Below are positions 1-10,859 of a stretch of 64,000 nucleotides of DNA, piece by piece. This stretch comes from Sporopachydermia quercuum. Lineage: Eukaryota. Where the stretch lies: positions 4,138 through 68,137 of the forward strand of contig BCGN01000004.1 in the NCBI GenBank assembly GCA_001599295.1. The letters run 5' to 3'. The notes under the pieces were generated by a model. That model saw nothing but the letters and a program-made list of their open reading frames with translations. It was not told where the DNA came from and ran no database searches. Both the position numbers and the translations under genes were made by a program. Numbering within the stretch: position 1 is the stretch's first letter; each line of letters begins with the position of its first letter.

Positions 1-108
1 GAAGAAGAACTCGAAGAAGAACTCGAAGAAGAACTCGAAGAAGAACTCGAAGAAGAACTCGAAGAAGAACTCGAAGAAGAACTCGAAGAAGAACTTGAAG
101 AAGAACTT
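1..108. repeat. 12-bp tandem repeat (GAAGAAGAACTY)x9, encoding poly-Ser on the minus strand
   Basis: Seven units end in CTC and two in CTT; read directly from the sequence. Confidence 0.95.
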
Positions 109-734
109 GAAGAAGCAGTTGCAGTTACAGTATTTCGAGCTAATATATCATCAAGAAGTCGGCCACCGGTAGTTGAAGCAGTTGCAGTTACAGTATTTCG
201 AGCTAATATATCATCAAGAAGTCGGCCACCGGTAGTTGAAGTACTAGCTGAAATGGTGGTTCGAGTAATTGGTATACTAAACCGGCCAACAGTTATAGTA
301 GTTAAAGTAGTTATACCACGTCCAGCTTGAGTAATTGGTATACTAAACCGGCCAACAATTATAGTAGTTAAAGTAGCAGCTTCACTTCCAANAGTAGAAA
401 ACAAATTGTAAACGTCGGAAAAATCAAATCCAGTAAGATGGAATACATCAAAAGAATGGCTTGCAAGAGGGTCGATATCAAAGAGGTCAGCAATATCAAA
501 ATCTTGATATTCATAAGGAATAGGGACTACTACCTCTGGAATGACTACACGCAGTCCATGTGTAACCTGCGGTGATATATTATCAGTGCTAGTTTTATCA
601 GTGATTCCAATAGATGAAGCTTGGGGATCAACGGCATAAACAGACGAGGCGTCTGAGTCTAAGCCATAGTCCAATCCCGAGATGGGGGCTATTTGAATTG
701 AGAGTCCCAGCAAGATCCAGATAGCAATAATCAT
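1..734 (-). CDS. Secreted or cell-surface Ser/Thr-rich repeat protein; 3' end lies outside the window
   Basis: Not in the ORF track because it runs off the edge. ATG at 734 gives MIIAIWILLGLSIQIAPISG (signal-peptide-like), then Thr-rich repeats (TTLTTITVGRFSIPIT-like x2; STTGGRLLDDILARNTVTATA x2) and poly-Ser. No stop codon before position 1. Confidence 0.8.
   Translation of the reverse strand, partial: MIIAIWILLGLSIQIAPISGLDYGLDSDASSVYAVDPQASSIGITDKTSTDNISPQVTHGLRVVIPEVVVPIPYEYQDFDIADLFDIDPLASHSFDVFHLTGFDFSDVYNLFSTXGSEAATLTTIIVGRFSIPITQAGRGITTLTTITVGRFSIPITRTTISASTSTTGGRLLDDILARNTVTATASTTGGRLLDDILARNTVTATASSSSSSSSSSSSSSSSSSSSSSSSSSSSSSSSSSSSS
112..376. repeat. Coding tandem duplications: 63-bp unit x2 (112-174, 175-237) and a 66-bp-period repeat (263-310, 329-376)
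   Basis: Direct comparison of the copies. Both periods are multiples of 3 and preserve the minus-strand frame. Confidence 0.9.
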
Positions 735-836
735 TTTGATGTTGTTATTTAATTATCAATTCCCTGATGGCATGAAAAGAAAAACAAATATCAAACATAC
801 CAAAATCGACAGCAGTACGTGCACGCATATATATAT

Positions 837-924
837 ATATATCGATGAGGTAAAAGTTCATACAGCAAGTCCCAAAATTTATATCTCGATGAGGTAAAAG
901 TTCATATAGCAAGTCCCAAAATTT
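837..924. repeat. 44-bp-period tandem duplication upstream of the secreted-protein gene
   Basis: CGATGAGGTAAAAGTTCATAYAGCAAGTCCCAAAATTT at 843-880 and 887-924. Confidence 0.9.
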
Positions 925-2149
925 ACTAGTCTACCCTTCCATCTTACTATCAATATTTTTTGTCTACCCAATAGCTGTTCAGGACAATGGAAGTATACGC
1001 AAGCTAGCAACAGTATTTTATCGTGGCAAAGTCGTTTTGCTTCTCAATGATTAAACGTGCAGAGATGGCACTGTCAACAGGGCTTAGTTTATTATTTATG
1101 TTAGATCAATTTTATTTCTCGGATTTCTCAGCTTAGACTGTATGCACTTCAGAAAAGCTCGAAGGATAAAACGCTAGAGTTTAGTTACCAATAAGCCCTG
1201 CTTATTCATGTATTTTTATGCTTTGACAAGTATCCCTTGTTTAAGCAATAGTCTTCCTGATATAAACTATGTCTATGCATAGTTTATCTATCTGTTCGAC
1301 AACTTTATCTCAGGGGCTCAATGAGAGAGCTAAATTTTTTTTCGGCTGGCGCAAAAATTACAGTTAAGATATTCTTTGATAGAACAACCCTCTCTCTAGC
1401 AAAGCCCTCTGAGATTCACAGATACCGAAGATGATGAGAGTGTACACATAGTTAAGTGTATTTCAGCGCCAATTTAATGGCTTTTCAGCAACAATTGTGG
1501 TCCGAATCCCATATACCAACGGTGTAGAGAAAAAATCTTAAACAATTCAAAGTCTAACTTTAAATGTGAAGTTTGAACAAATAAGTCTAATGATCTAATT
1601 TCAACATAGCTATTGTTTTCCGGATAGAACATCAATTTAAACATCAACTCCATATGAGTTCTGGAAGAGAATTTGAATTGGCTGTACTATCTACTACTAC
1701 GTCCATTTTCGATCAATCACTATGTAATTGGGGCTCAATTGATTGTTTCCGACGATATAAGGTTTCAGATTACGTTTTCCCCACAGTGAAACAGTTCAGC
1801 ATCCAACCTGTATCATAACTTAATTTCTAACATTGTACCAAGGTTTTCTGATATCCCAAAAAGTTCTTTTCCTTTGCTTTATCAATTAATCAATCCTCAA
1901 GTTTTCTTCCCATTGTATTAATATAGTAAACTAGGTCAGCAAAGTAATAAGAAGAATATAAATAATATATAATGATTCAGGATGTATAGCTTAGCTTTGA
2001 AAACCAACTCTGACTGTCCGGGCAAGATTGTTTCCCGTAGTGAAAGTAAACTTAATCCGTAGTTTCAATAGATCATTCGCTCTATCAACAGCAAACAAAA
2101 ATGAGAGGTATCAATGATTCTGGGTTTTACTTCACTCGACTATCTCAAT

Positions 2150-2900
2150 CTGTACGCTAAATATTGCGTGAAATTGGTGCGTAAGAGTTAAATATGAACC
2201 TTAAAGTTTGAAAAACTTAATTGACATCGGATGGACACTACTGGGTAATTTAATCGTCCCTGGAAACAATTAAAGTTCCGTTGGACCACCCACACCAAGA
2301 CTATTTCACGCCTTCGTCTCTAGCTTATCTCAGTCGGTAAATGAAATAATAGTGATTAAAGTATATAAAATGATAGCTACAAAACTTGAAAATTCAGTGA
2401 GTATATTTATTTGACTAAAGATCAACTTTAAGATGAAAATACCAATCTTGTGTTCATAGCGGATGGATGAACAAATCTACTATGGGTTCCTACAAGCTCG
2501 TCGATATAACAACTATTCAAGATCAATCTATTGAATAAAATACACCATTACAAAACACTTTATCACTTTGGTATGCATAGTATAGTATATATAATTCATA
2601 AGAAGCAATAAAAAAATTAAAATAATTGTAGTTAATTGTATACACATTAATATAAGATTAGATAATCAAGGTAAAAAAAAAGGAAAACTGCGTCTCACAA
2701 TTTTCTATCTTCCTGTATGCTACCTCATAATGAAGGATGTTAAGTCGTTCAACATCTACATAGTAAAGTCGATAAACGAAAGTACATTTATCAATAACAC
2801 AAATAAAAGGTCATCGATTAATATAAACTATATAGTAACAAAGCTACAAATTAAGAGACTTCAATAATTATAAATTCATTTTTGTCATGGTAGAAAGTCA
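2150..2900 (+). repeat. Degenerate dispersed repeat family A, copy 1 (possibly LTR-like)
   Basis: Collinear anchors shared with 5671-6325: CTCAGTC (2329/5795), ATTAAAGTATATAAA (2355/5821), AATAAAATACACCA (2534/5995), TAAATTCATTTT...GTAGAAAGT (ends 2898/6323). Boundaries are approximate. Confidence 0.7.
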
Positions 2901-2996
2901 GTATACAGAATCAATAAAAATAATTAATTTCTGATTTGCAATGATTTTGTTGGATCTTAAAAAATGGATGGACACGTATAATACTATATAGATTTT

Positions 2997-3130
2997 AAGA
3001 AGAATAATTTGGCTGATTCTTGATGTATATGACTTTAAATGCTACTTCTAACACTCCATTACTCTTAAGACTGTTATACAATAAAGAGCNTAAGAAAGCA
3101 CCTGGTACACACGGGATGGACCGCCACGAC
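2997..3130 (+). repeat. Degenerate repeat family B, copy 1 (shorter form)
   Basis: Shares AAGAAGAATAA...TGATTCTTGATGTATAT...GACTTTAAA, ACTGTTAT, AAAGCACC and CGGGATGGACCGCCACGAC with 16530-16860. Confidence 0.75.
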
Positions 3131-3240
3131 TCTTTACTATCCCAAGGCTTTCGCCTACGGCTCAAGCCTACATAAAAATAGGAATTGGTTAACAGACTAA
3201 AAGATAGCCAATCATACATCCATTTGTGAATTGAACAAAG

Positions 3241-4500
3241 TCACACAAACGAGCCCACTATTTCTACAATGGATTTTAAAACCTCTGCAACTGTCGTCAT
3301 GGTAATTAGTGCAATGGCATTTCTGAGATTAATTTTATAATTGCCATAATCATCAGAAAAAACGGAAATATTCTTGTCAGTGACCACAACTTCATCATAG
3401 GTATGTCCGAAAGTTATCTCGTTGTCTATTAGTGTGCGAACATCAATTGATCGTTTGGCTGGATCAACCATTGAGGTTGAAAGCTTCATAACTGACCCAA
3501 ATATATCGAGATTGTAAGCTACTACAATACCACATAGGATCATAGAAGTTACTCCCCATACCTTGGTATCTAATCTTTTTGTGTCACCGGTAAATAAAAA
3601 ATAATTATGGCAACCACTATAACTATATGTAACGCCTTTCAGAGTGGATATAACTTTCTTATTTGAGTCCTTCTCGTTAGCTGCAGCATACTTTGATAGA
3701 CAAGCTATCTTGCAAAAAATTGAAGGGCATATTATTGTTATCACAAGTCGTAGGATCAAAAAACGATTCTCCTCTTTATACCAGTTATAGTTATGTTTAA
3801 GCTCATCTATTGCCTCGTCGATTAGTTGCACTATATCTTCGAAAACCCTAAGTGCATCAATATAAATTCTATCAACCACTTCATTTCTCTCTATCAATAA
3901 ACTGAGTGTAATTGCCACACCTAACGGAATCTTGATAATCGACTTGATGATATTCATCATGACTGTTCGAACTGGTAATACTCCAAATAATATTGACAAA
4001 TCATTGCGCATATCTTTGCGCCATATATTCACAATGTCTTTGAAATTGTTACTGATCAACAATCTCTGATTTCTTGCTTCTTCCCTTGATGTTCCCCAAA
4101 ATGTACGTAACTTCTTAGTATCACCTTTGAGACTTTTTTTCTTCAAAATTGGAAAATTCCCAGTCATTTGATCAAAATCATAATACTTAGGTTTCTTGTA
4201 TAAAATATCCGTGATTAGACAACAACCAGGAGATGCATATGAAGAGGGTGCTCTTCCCTCAAACCTTTGTGCAGCAACCGTATTTTCAAGGCCATAAAAT
4301 ACTCGTACAAATTTCTTTTCAAATACAGTGCCCGGGATCGAGTAAATTTCGTGTGCCAGATTGACTACCAATACACCATTTTCAGCTGATCTTTGAAAAT
4401 TCAGCAATCGATCATACAAAAGGTTTTGGTGGTTAGAAGGGGGATCAGCAATAATTACCCCACCAAATGCTACTACGTCAACTAAATGTGCGAAGTCCAT
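3241..4500 (-). CDS. Orphan protein of unknown function, 419 aa from ATG 4500
   Basis: Uninterrupted 1.26-kb ORF in AT-rich DNA, where chance ORFs this long are unlikely. The track start (4542) is TTG; the first ATG is 4500. No family motif recognised. Confidence 0.7.
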   Translation of the reverse strand: MDFAHLVDVVAFGGVIIADPPSNHQNLLYDRLLNFQRSAENGVLVVNLAHEIYSIPGTVFEKKFVRVFYGLENTVAAQRFEGRAPSSYASPGCCLITDILYKKPKYYDFDQMTGNFPILKKKSLKGDTKKLRTFWGTSREEARNQRLLISNNFKDIVNIWRKDMRNDLSILFGVLPVRTVMMNIIKSIIKIPLGVAITLSLLIERNEVVDRIYIDALRVFEDIVQLIDEAIDELKHNYNWYKEENRFLILRLVITIICPSIFCKIACLSKYAAANEKDSNKKVISTLKGVTYSYSGCHNYFLFTGDTKRLDTKVWGVTSMILCGIVVAYNLDIFGSVMKLSTSMVDPAKRSIDVRTLIDNEITFGHTYDEVVVTDKNISVFSDDYGNYKINLRNAIALITMTTVAEVLKSIVEIVGSFV

Positions 4501-5670
4501 TGAAAAGTGAACTTCTGGTGAGCTGTTTATTAATCTATGCAAACCAAAAAGTGAAAAAAGAATATAGAGAATAGAAGGGACAATGGCTTGATTCCAGATT
4601 TTAATTTTCCTGATGGCTCAGAATGGAGGATCTAACGCCCTTAAGAGAGTAAAAAAATACTAGTAGAAGTGTTAGATCGGTAAGAATATATATGCTTGAG
4701 TGACAGTTTCAAAGTCAACATAAAAGATCATACATTAAAGTTTGATGGATGGGACTGATTGATCATGAACTAGCCCTTGTTAACCGGTTGATTTATAGGA
4801 GAATAATAAAAGAAGAAAAGAAAAGTGGCTTAAAGGTCAAAAAGATAGACAAGTATACCGTTACTCTGATTATAGTAAAGGGTGCTCTATGGACCGATAA
4901 GAAGACCATGTATGTACAAAGATTTGAATGTACTATTTGATGGTTACGTACGATCTTATTACTCTCTAGTTAATTAAAGTTAGTGAACTAAAGAAATCTT
5001 GATCACTTTGGCACTGTCCACGAAATTATAAACTAAAAATCAATTACTACTCGATTTGGTCAGTCTGCAGCTCAGGGCCCAATCAATGCGGCTTTCATGT
5101 GTACAAAAGTAAAGTGTAACAATTGCAATAAGGTTTCTTTCTNCAACTTTATTATTATATATTTCATGCTCATATTTCTGCAGGATGAACAGGAAACTAC
5201 ATGAAGTTACATATGATGAGGATTATGTGATCAGTTATTAGTTATAATATTAGGTTAAGGTTGAACCTACGTGCATGAAAGTTATAAAGTCCAAATGATA
5301 GAGTAAAGATACTCAAATTTGATTGAAGATTTGATTCTCATTATATAACAAGAAAGAAAGAAGATAATAACACAAAAGTAATGTCTACGACTGGAGAAAG
5401 ATCTATAGTATCCTATAGATCATAATAGCACAAAGAAGAAAGTACTCAAATAGGAAGCAGCTATAAAGGAACTGGAAAGTTACTCCTATACATCTTATAA
5501 AACTAAGAAAGACTAATACAAAAACTAGGACTTTTATGTTATATTTTGTATACATAATTACTTAATAAACTTAGAATTATTAAGGACAACGCCTCCTCAG
5601 TATTGCATAAAGTCAGGCTCAATCTCACGTAGGTCAGATGTATAAGAGACTCAGGTGAAAATGAAGTAGT

Positions 5671-6325
5671 CGAATAAACTGTGATTTTGATGTATGTTGA
5701 CGCAGTGTGAATACATGTGCATACAAACCTTATGCAAGACGCTACTATACGACAACCTTAAATGGAAACAAGTAAAACCAGAACATAGTGATAGCTCAGT
5801 CAATAATTGAAGTAATAATAATTAAAGTATATAAATAGATAGCTAAATGTCATGATAATTCAATGAGTATACTTATAGAACTATAGGACTTATGTATGAT
5901 GAAATATCAATCGTGTGTTAAGAGTAGTCGAACAATGCTACAACGGGTTACTACACACTCATCGATAAACAGCAATTCAATGTCAGTCCATCTAAATAAA
6001 ATACACCACTAAACAGTTTTTATTAATTCAGTATATACAGTATACAACACGTTAAATAATCAATGATTAACAAAGAATTATTGCAAATAATGTATATACT
6101 ATTACATAATCACTGTAATAAACTACTGCTGTGTCTCGANCTTTTTGATGTTTCTTCTTATCGCCCTATGAAAAAGGATATGTCGATCAACAGTCATAAA
6201 TACCATATTATACTTATCAGTATCTACACAACTTATAGCCATCCATCAATACAAAATGTGTATTTATTCAGCTACAATTCAGATTTCAATGAACATAAAT
6301 TCATTTTGAACCTTGTAGAAAGTAT
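5671..6325 (+). repeat. Degenerate dispersed repeat family A, copy 2
   Basis: Anchors shared with copy 1 as listed. Also shares GAATAAACTGT, GTATGTTGACGCA, TGTGAATACATGT and GACAACCTTAAATG with copy 3. Confidence 0.75.
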
Positions 6326-6897
6326 ATGAAATTAGTAGAAATGATTAAATAATTATTTACTTTTTGATTAGAAGCAATAGATATATTACATGATTATCTG
6401 CATTGGNATGGGAGAGGGTGAAACTAAGATGATACGTGAAGTTGGGAATCCAGACCAGAATTGAGCTGCTACAGTAAGAAATAGATAATGAGCCTGGGGA
6501 AGCTCATTGGGAAAAGGTGACAGAGAAACAAGGTCTAGGCTGCTAAAAAGTCCTGTGATAAAAATAAATCATGAGAAGAGATGTGAAAGTCACATAAGTA
6601 AAGTTTAAGGTCCTTCAACAGAAGTTACAACTAAGTTCAAACCTTATTCTGGATTAGCTTGAACTCTAAACTATAACCTCAATATGTCAATTGTCTGGAA
6701 AGTTTACCCTTTCTCGCTTATCGATTATGATAATGATATCAGTTTAAACAATCGAAGAGTCACATTGCTGATATAAATAACCCTGAAAAACAGCATCTGA
6801 GAACCATCAACCCCAAACTAAAATGATCCCTGCTTCAAATGCTTCATCCATTTCCTTGTCAATCCTACTTCATACTACACTACCAAATTGAAATGAA

Positions 6898-9126
6898 ATG
6901 AAAACTAAGTCTTCGTATTTGCGGCAAACTCAACGGCCTCCCAAAACATGTCTCAGCTGCAAAAGCAAAAAAATCAAATGCAATAAACTGATTCCCTGTG
7001 ATAAATGTATTGCCAAAGGCTCAGCGCACCTATGTTCTCGCGAAGTAGTGCTAACTAAAGGAGAAATTCACAACCTGCCGGGACTTCTATCTGCAGACTG
7101 TCAAGTCAAATCCCTTGAAAATCTCGCTAACACTTCCTCAAACCGCCATGAGACCTTGCTGGAATGCCCTCAACCACACAATTCCATTCCTGATTTGTCA
7201 TCCGATCCAAAGCTTTCATTTCTATCAACAGCAGTGAAANAACGTCTGGAAGAGTTAGAAGCAACTGTGAGACGTCTGCAGCGCCGTGGAAATGCAGGAA
7301 GCATCACCACACCTTGCAGTTTCCCCAGATGTGACTTTGACATGGCGGTTTCCACATCTCACAGCCTGTGGAGAGGCCTTGTCACCGCTATTGGGAACGA
7401 CACTCATCTCACCACACTGTACCAAAACAGATTTGAGCATGACTTCGTGCTGTGGAACACCTTGAATTCCACCCGGTTTTCCAGAGTCCGTAACTCGTTT
7501 ATGAATGGTCATCATGCAGAAGGTGTGAATTGGGAGCTTATGGGCCCTTATTTCTTGGACAATATCACTCCAGAACTGAGTGATATGGCTATAGAAATAG
7601 CCTTCCAACATATTCCNGTTGTTTCATCGATTATAGATCTGCAGAATTTCAAATCAGAGCTCCAGAAGTTCTGTTCCCAAGGATATATGCGCAGAAATGT
7701 CAATCACTATGACAGAACTGTGGAAACTTTTCGATTTACAGGTCTTTGGTATGCTGTGATGGCTGCTGGAATTGCCTACGGCTACCAGGACATTGCGGAG
7801 TCTAGCGAACGGTCTGCCAAGTTTCTGCTTAATCTGGGCACCATTCTGCGAGGCTCTGCAGTGGAATGCCAATACAAAGCCCAGTACTGCAGGTTTCTTT
7901 CCCTACAGACCCTGAGGGCCTACTGTGTGATGACAAGCTTCTGTCATGTTTTCGTCTCGCCAGTGGTGTCCTACAACCAGCTGGGAGCTCTTTTAGGCAT
8001 TGCCAGGACGCTGAAACTTGACCAGCTGCCCCACGAAGCGTGGGAGCTGGAAGAGGTAGATGATAAGGTCTCCCAAACAGAGCTGGAGTCCTATAAGGCT
8101 ATCTGGTGGACTCTGATAGGCCACGATCTTCGCCTGTACAACAAACACCCCCGGTTGACACGTGCCAGGGAGTTTTCAACCCCTGTGCCGTATGCATACC
8201 TGGAGACCCGCGCGGTAGAAGAACTGGAGTCCGAAGCAGTGAAGGGGAACACGGTGGTGATGCGAATCCTGTTTCTGCTGTATGAGATCCGCAGCCAGCA
8301 CGAGGTCATATGCTGGAACGACCGGGAGGTCGACTGCAGCCCAGAGACTCTACACCAGTACCGTGAGGCCGTAGAAGCTTTGTGGGATAAAATGGAACGT
8401 CTGAGGGACCTTCTCACTACTTCTCAGAGGCTTTATCTGGAAGTGATACTGTATTTTGAGATTCTGATGCTCAATCTCCATGAGAGATCTGTTCTGGATG
8501 CTTTGGACAAAAGGAGCTGGGAGGTTGAGTATTTAGGCAACACAGTGCAGATTGCCAGTCAGATAATATCTACAGCAACGTGCCCGCAGTTTGTAAAGTT
8601 TCATTCTATGTCACAGCAGGTTTTAGAAGCAGTTAGCAGCTCAGGAATCTTTTTGGCAATGGTATATCTACAGCAGACAAACAACGAAAGCTCCAACGGA
8701 CCAGAAATTCCTGTGGATACCCTACGAAAATCCATTGAGACAGTCAGAGACTTTGTGAAAGGCTTTAGCTCCTCGTCGTGTACAGGGTCCCGTTGCTACG
8801 CTTTACTGTCCCGGGTGTGCAGCATTGTGAATTCAGGCATTAGAAACTATCCCTGGCAAAGACTTGTGCTGAGTGAACTAGTGATCAATAGTAGAGCTAT
8901 TGCTGAACAGGAAGAGCCGATGACACAGCACAGCTTCCCAGACACTTCTGAGTTCGACCAGAAGGCTTCTCGGGAGGGCAGCTGGAAAGACGACCAAGCG
9001 GATGTGAACGAACTGCTGGAGGATAAGGACCTGCGAGACTTCATTGAGGAGAACTCTTGGGTAAAGGGAGCAGAATGGTGTGTGGTAGAGCTTCTAAGGG
9101 CTTTTAGTACTGAGAATATTAGTTAG
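6898..9126 (+). CDS. Zn(II)2Cys6 fungal transcription factor
   Basis: N-terminal CLSCKSKKIKCNKLIPCDKCIAKGSAHLC binuclear cluster, a coiled segment (RLEELEATVRRL) and a middle-homology-like region (KAIWWTLIGHD). Confidence 0.92.
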   Translation: MKTKSSYLRQTQRPPKTCLSCKSKKIKCNKLIPCDKCIAKGSAHLCSREVVLTKGEIHNLPGLLSADCQVKSLENLANTSSNRHETLLECPQPHNSIPDLSSDPKLSFLSTAVKXRLEELEATVRRLQRRGNAGSITTPCSFPRCDFDMAVSTSHSLWRGLVTAIGNDTHLTTLYQNRFEHDFVLWNTLNSTRFSRVRNSFMNGHHAEGVNWELMGPYFLDNITPELSDMAIEIAFQHIXVVSSIIDLQNFKSELQKFCSQGYMRRNVNHYDRTVETFRFTGLWYAVMAAGIAYGYQDIAESSERSAKFLLNLGTILRGSAVECQYKAQYCRFLSLQTLRAYCVMTSFCHVFVSPVVSYNQLGALLGIARTLKLDQLPHEAWELEEVDDKVSQTELESYKAIWWTLIGHDLRLYNKHPRLTRAREFSTPVPYAYLETRAVEELESEAVKGNTVVMRILFLLYEIRSQHEVICWNDREVDCSPETLHQYREAVEALWDKMERLRDLLTTSQRLYLEVILYFEILMLNLHERSVLDALDKRSWEVEYLGNTVQIASQIISTATCPQFVKFHSMSQQVLEAVSSSGIFLAMVYLQQTNNESSNGPEIPVDTLRKSIETVRDFVKGFSSSSCTGSRCYALLSRVCSIVNSGIRNYPWQRLVLSELVINSRAIAEQEEPMTQHSFPDTSEFDQKASREGSWKDDQADVNELLEDKDLRDFIEENSWVKGAEWCVVELLRAFSTENIS

Positions 9127-9575
9127 AATCGAAAATAGAGATTCTAATTTCAAGTTTAGAGGAAGGTAGCAGATATCGAGCCTGAATATTAGATTGAATA
9201 CCAAAACTGAATGTCATATTTGATTGTCTGACTTACATTATATTTATCTGAAGGAATATTCTGATAATTTGAAAATTCAATGAATGCCTATCATGATTGG
9301 TTCATGATTTTATTTGCTTTCTATTTAATTCCATAGTATTAGAAAATCAACGAACTTTTGCTTAAGCCTTCGGGATGTTATCTCATGACTCTAATTATCA
9401 AAATGTCCCATTATTTCATATCTGCTGCAAGCTTTTGCTGAATTATTGAATTATTTTAATATTTTCCTACAGTGTTTGAATATTTCGGCAATTTTCATTG
9501 ATTCATAACTCTTAAATATTCAACAATCTACTTAATAAACAAATCTAAATACTACCAAACAACATCATCAACCAC

Positions 9576-10634
9576 TTAGATCAACTCCCTATACTCCTCT
9601 TCTTTTCCTGGAACTACCATTTCGTTCAAGGCAAAGGAGATATAATCTCTAATATACCTCAACTTTTTCATAGCATCAGTCTTATTAAAACAGTGATTTT
9701 CCTCATAATCCCCTGTCACTTTCTCTCGAATCACTTTCAAATGGCTGCTGATATAATCCACCTTATATTTGATAAAATCAGAATAGAACTCAGCGTACAG
9801 GAAAGGAGGATCCACGCTGTCAGGCCGAACTGTTGTCAACACAGTTTCGTCTTTAACGAAAGGATTTTTTGGTCTATAGGAAGTCACCATAGTAATTCTA
9901 TCCTTATAATGAACAGGCTTAGGGGCCAAATGAAGTAGATATCTTCCTTGTAGAACACAAGCACTTCCTTTCTTGGGGCCTGGAATACAGGTAATGTTCT
10001 TTTCGGCATCCTGAACATATGTCTCTCCTCCAATCATATTGGTAGTATCAGAAAGCATCAGAACACAGACAAACGGATAGGAGTCGTTGTGCCAACCCAC
10101 GATTGCTGGCATGTCTTGGGAGCCTTTGGTAGTGAGAGACTCTTCATCTGTGCCTTCTTCTGCCCTAAGGTCAATGTTGCAATGGGCAACTTCAAAGTCC
10201 ATCACAATCTCCAATTCAACTCCTGCCATCTGGGAAATAGCCTGAGTAGTCAGAGGATGTGTCCAGGCTGCATGAGTGAACGGAGCTTCTTTCGAGTATC
10301 CTCGGATGGAAAAAGCCAAGTTGTCCTTCCTCCCTGGAGGGGTTTTATCAAAGCCGTATTTTACTGCTTTTTCCCTAGAGAGAATTTCATTTTTCATGAT
10401 TTCCACTGCTTCATCGCTGAACAATTCAAACGGGAAAGATCCTCCAATCTCACTGATACCAGCATCCTTGGCATATCCCATCTCTTCCATGGTGATGATT
10501 TTATTGTGGGATTGAAACTTGAGATGCACAGCAGGATCAAATTCCACCGGCTCGAAATCGGTATCCTTGGGGAGCATGTAGAGGTTGTCAAATCTCTTCC
10601 AGGGAGGAATTTGCGTTTTAATAGACACAGCCAT
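9576..10634 (-). CDS. Uncharacterised fungal Fe(II)/2-oxoglutarate dioxygenase-like protein (352 aa)
   Basis: WHNDSYPFVCVLMLSD..GGET..LQGRYLLH..RITMVTS gives an HxD...H facial triad and a distal Arg for 2OG binding. First ATG is at 10634; the track start is TTG. Confidence 0.8.
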   Translation of the reverse strand: MAVSIKTQIPPWKRFDNLYMLPKDTDFEPVEFDPAVHLKFQSHNKIITMEEMGYAKDAGISEIGGSFPFELFSDEAVEIMKNEILSREKAVKYGFDKTPPGRKDNLAFSIRGYSKEAPFTHAAWTHPLTTQAISQMAGVELEIVMDFEVAHCNIDLRAEEGTDEESLTTKGSQDMPAIVGWHNDSYPFVCVLMLSDTTNMIGGETYVQDAEKNITCIPGPKKGSACVLQGRYLLHLAPKPVHYKDRITMVTSYRPKNPFVKDETVLTTVRPDSVDPPFLYAEFYSDFIKYKVDYISSHLKVIREKVTGDYEENHCFNKTDAMKKLRYIRDYISFALNEMVVPGKEEEYRELI

Positions 10635-10847
10635 GTTGGAAATCAAATAGGTGAGAGAGCAGTTGTTGAAATTGATAACTGATGAGTTGATGGAGGTTGC
10701 AGTTAGAATTGCCTTAGATTTGTTGAGATTCAAGTCTAATGAGGTCTATTTATACTTAAAAGACATTCAAAAGAATTTGCGCAACAGGCAAAATCTGAGG
10801 GATATGAAGTGATTTCCATTTTATACCAAACATGACATGCCACTTCG

Positions 10848-10859
10848 TCTGGCTTATCG
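10848..10859 (+). promoter_or_regulatory. TCTGGCTTATCG motif (contains GATA site CGATAAG), copy 1
   Basis: Exact 12-mer repeated at 12390-12401; lies ~215 bp upstream of the dioxygenase ATG. Confidence 0.55.

Noticed and set aside
1..376. Tandem repeats as a telomere or CRISPR array
   Set aside because: All periods are multiples of 3 and lie inside an open minus-strand frame. There are no unique spacers, and the context is eukaryotic.
5000..5204. Mini-ORF MCTKVKCNNCNK (ATG 5097) as a zinc-knuckle or gag remnant
   Set aside because: Only CxxC is present. The GH..C half and any protease, RT or integrase motifs are missing, so it is too weak to call.
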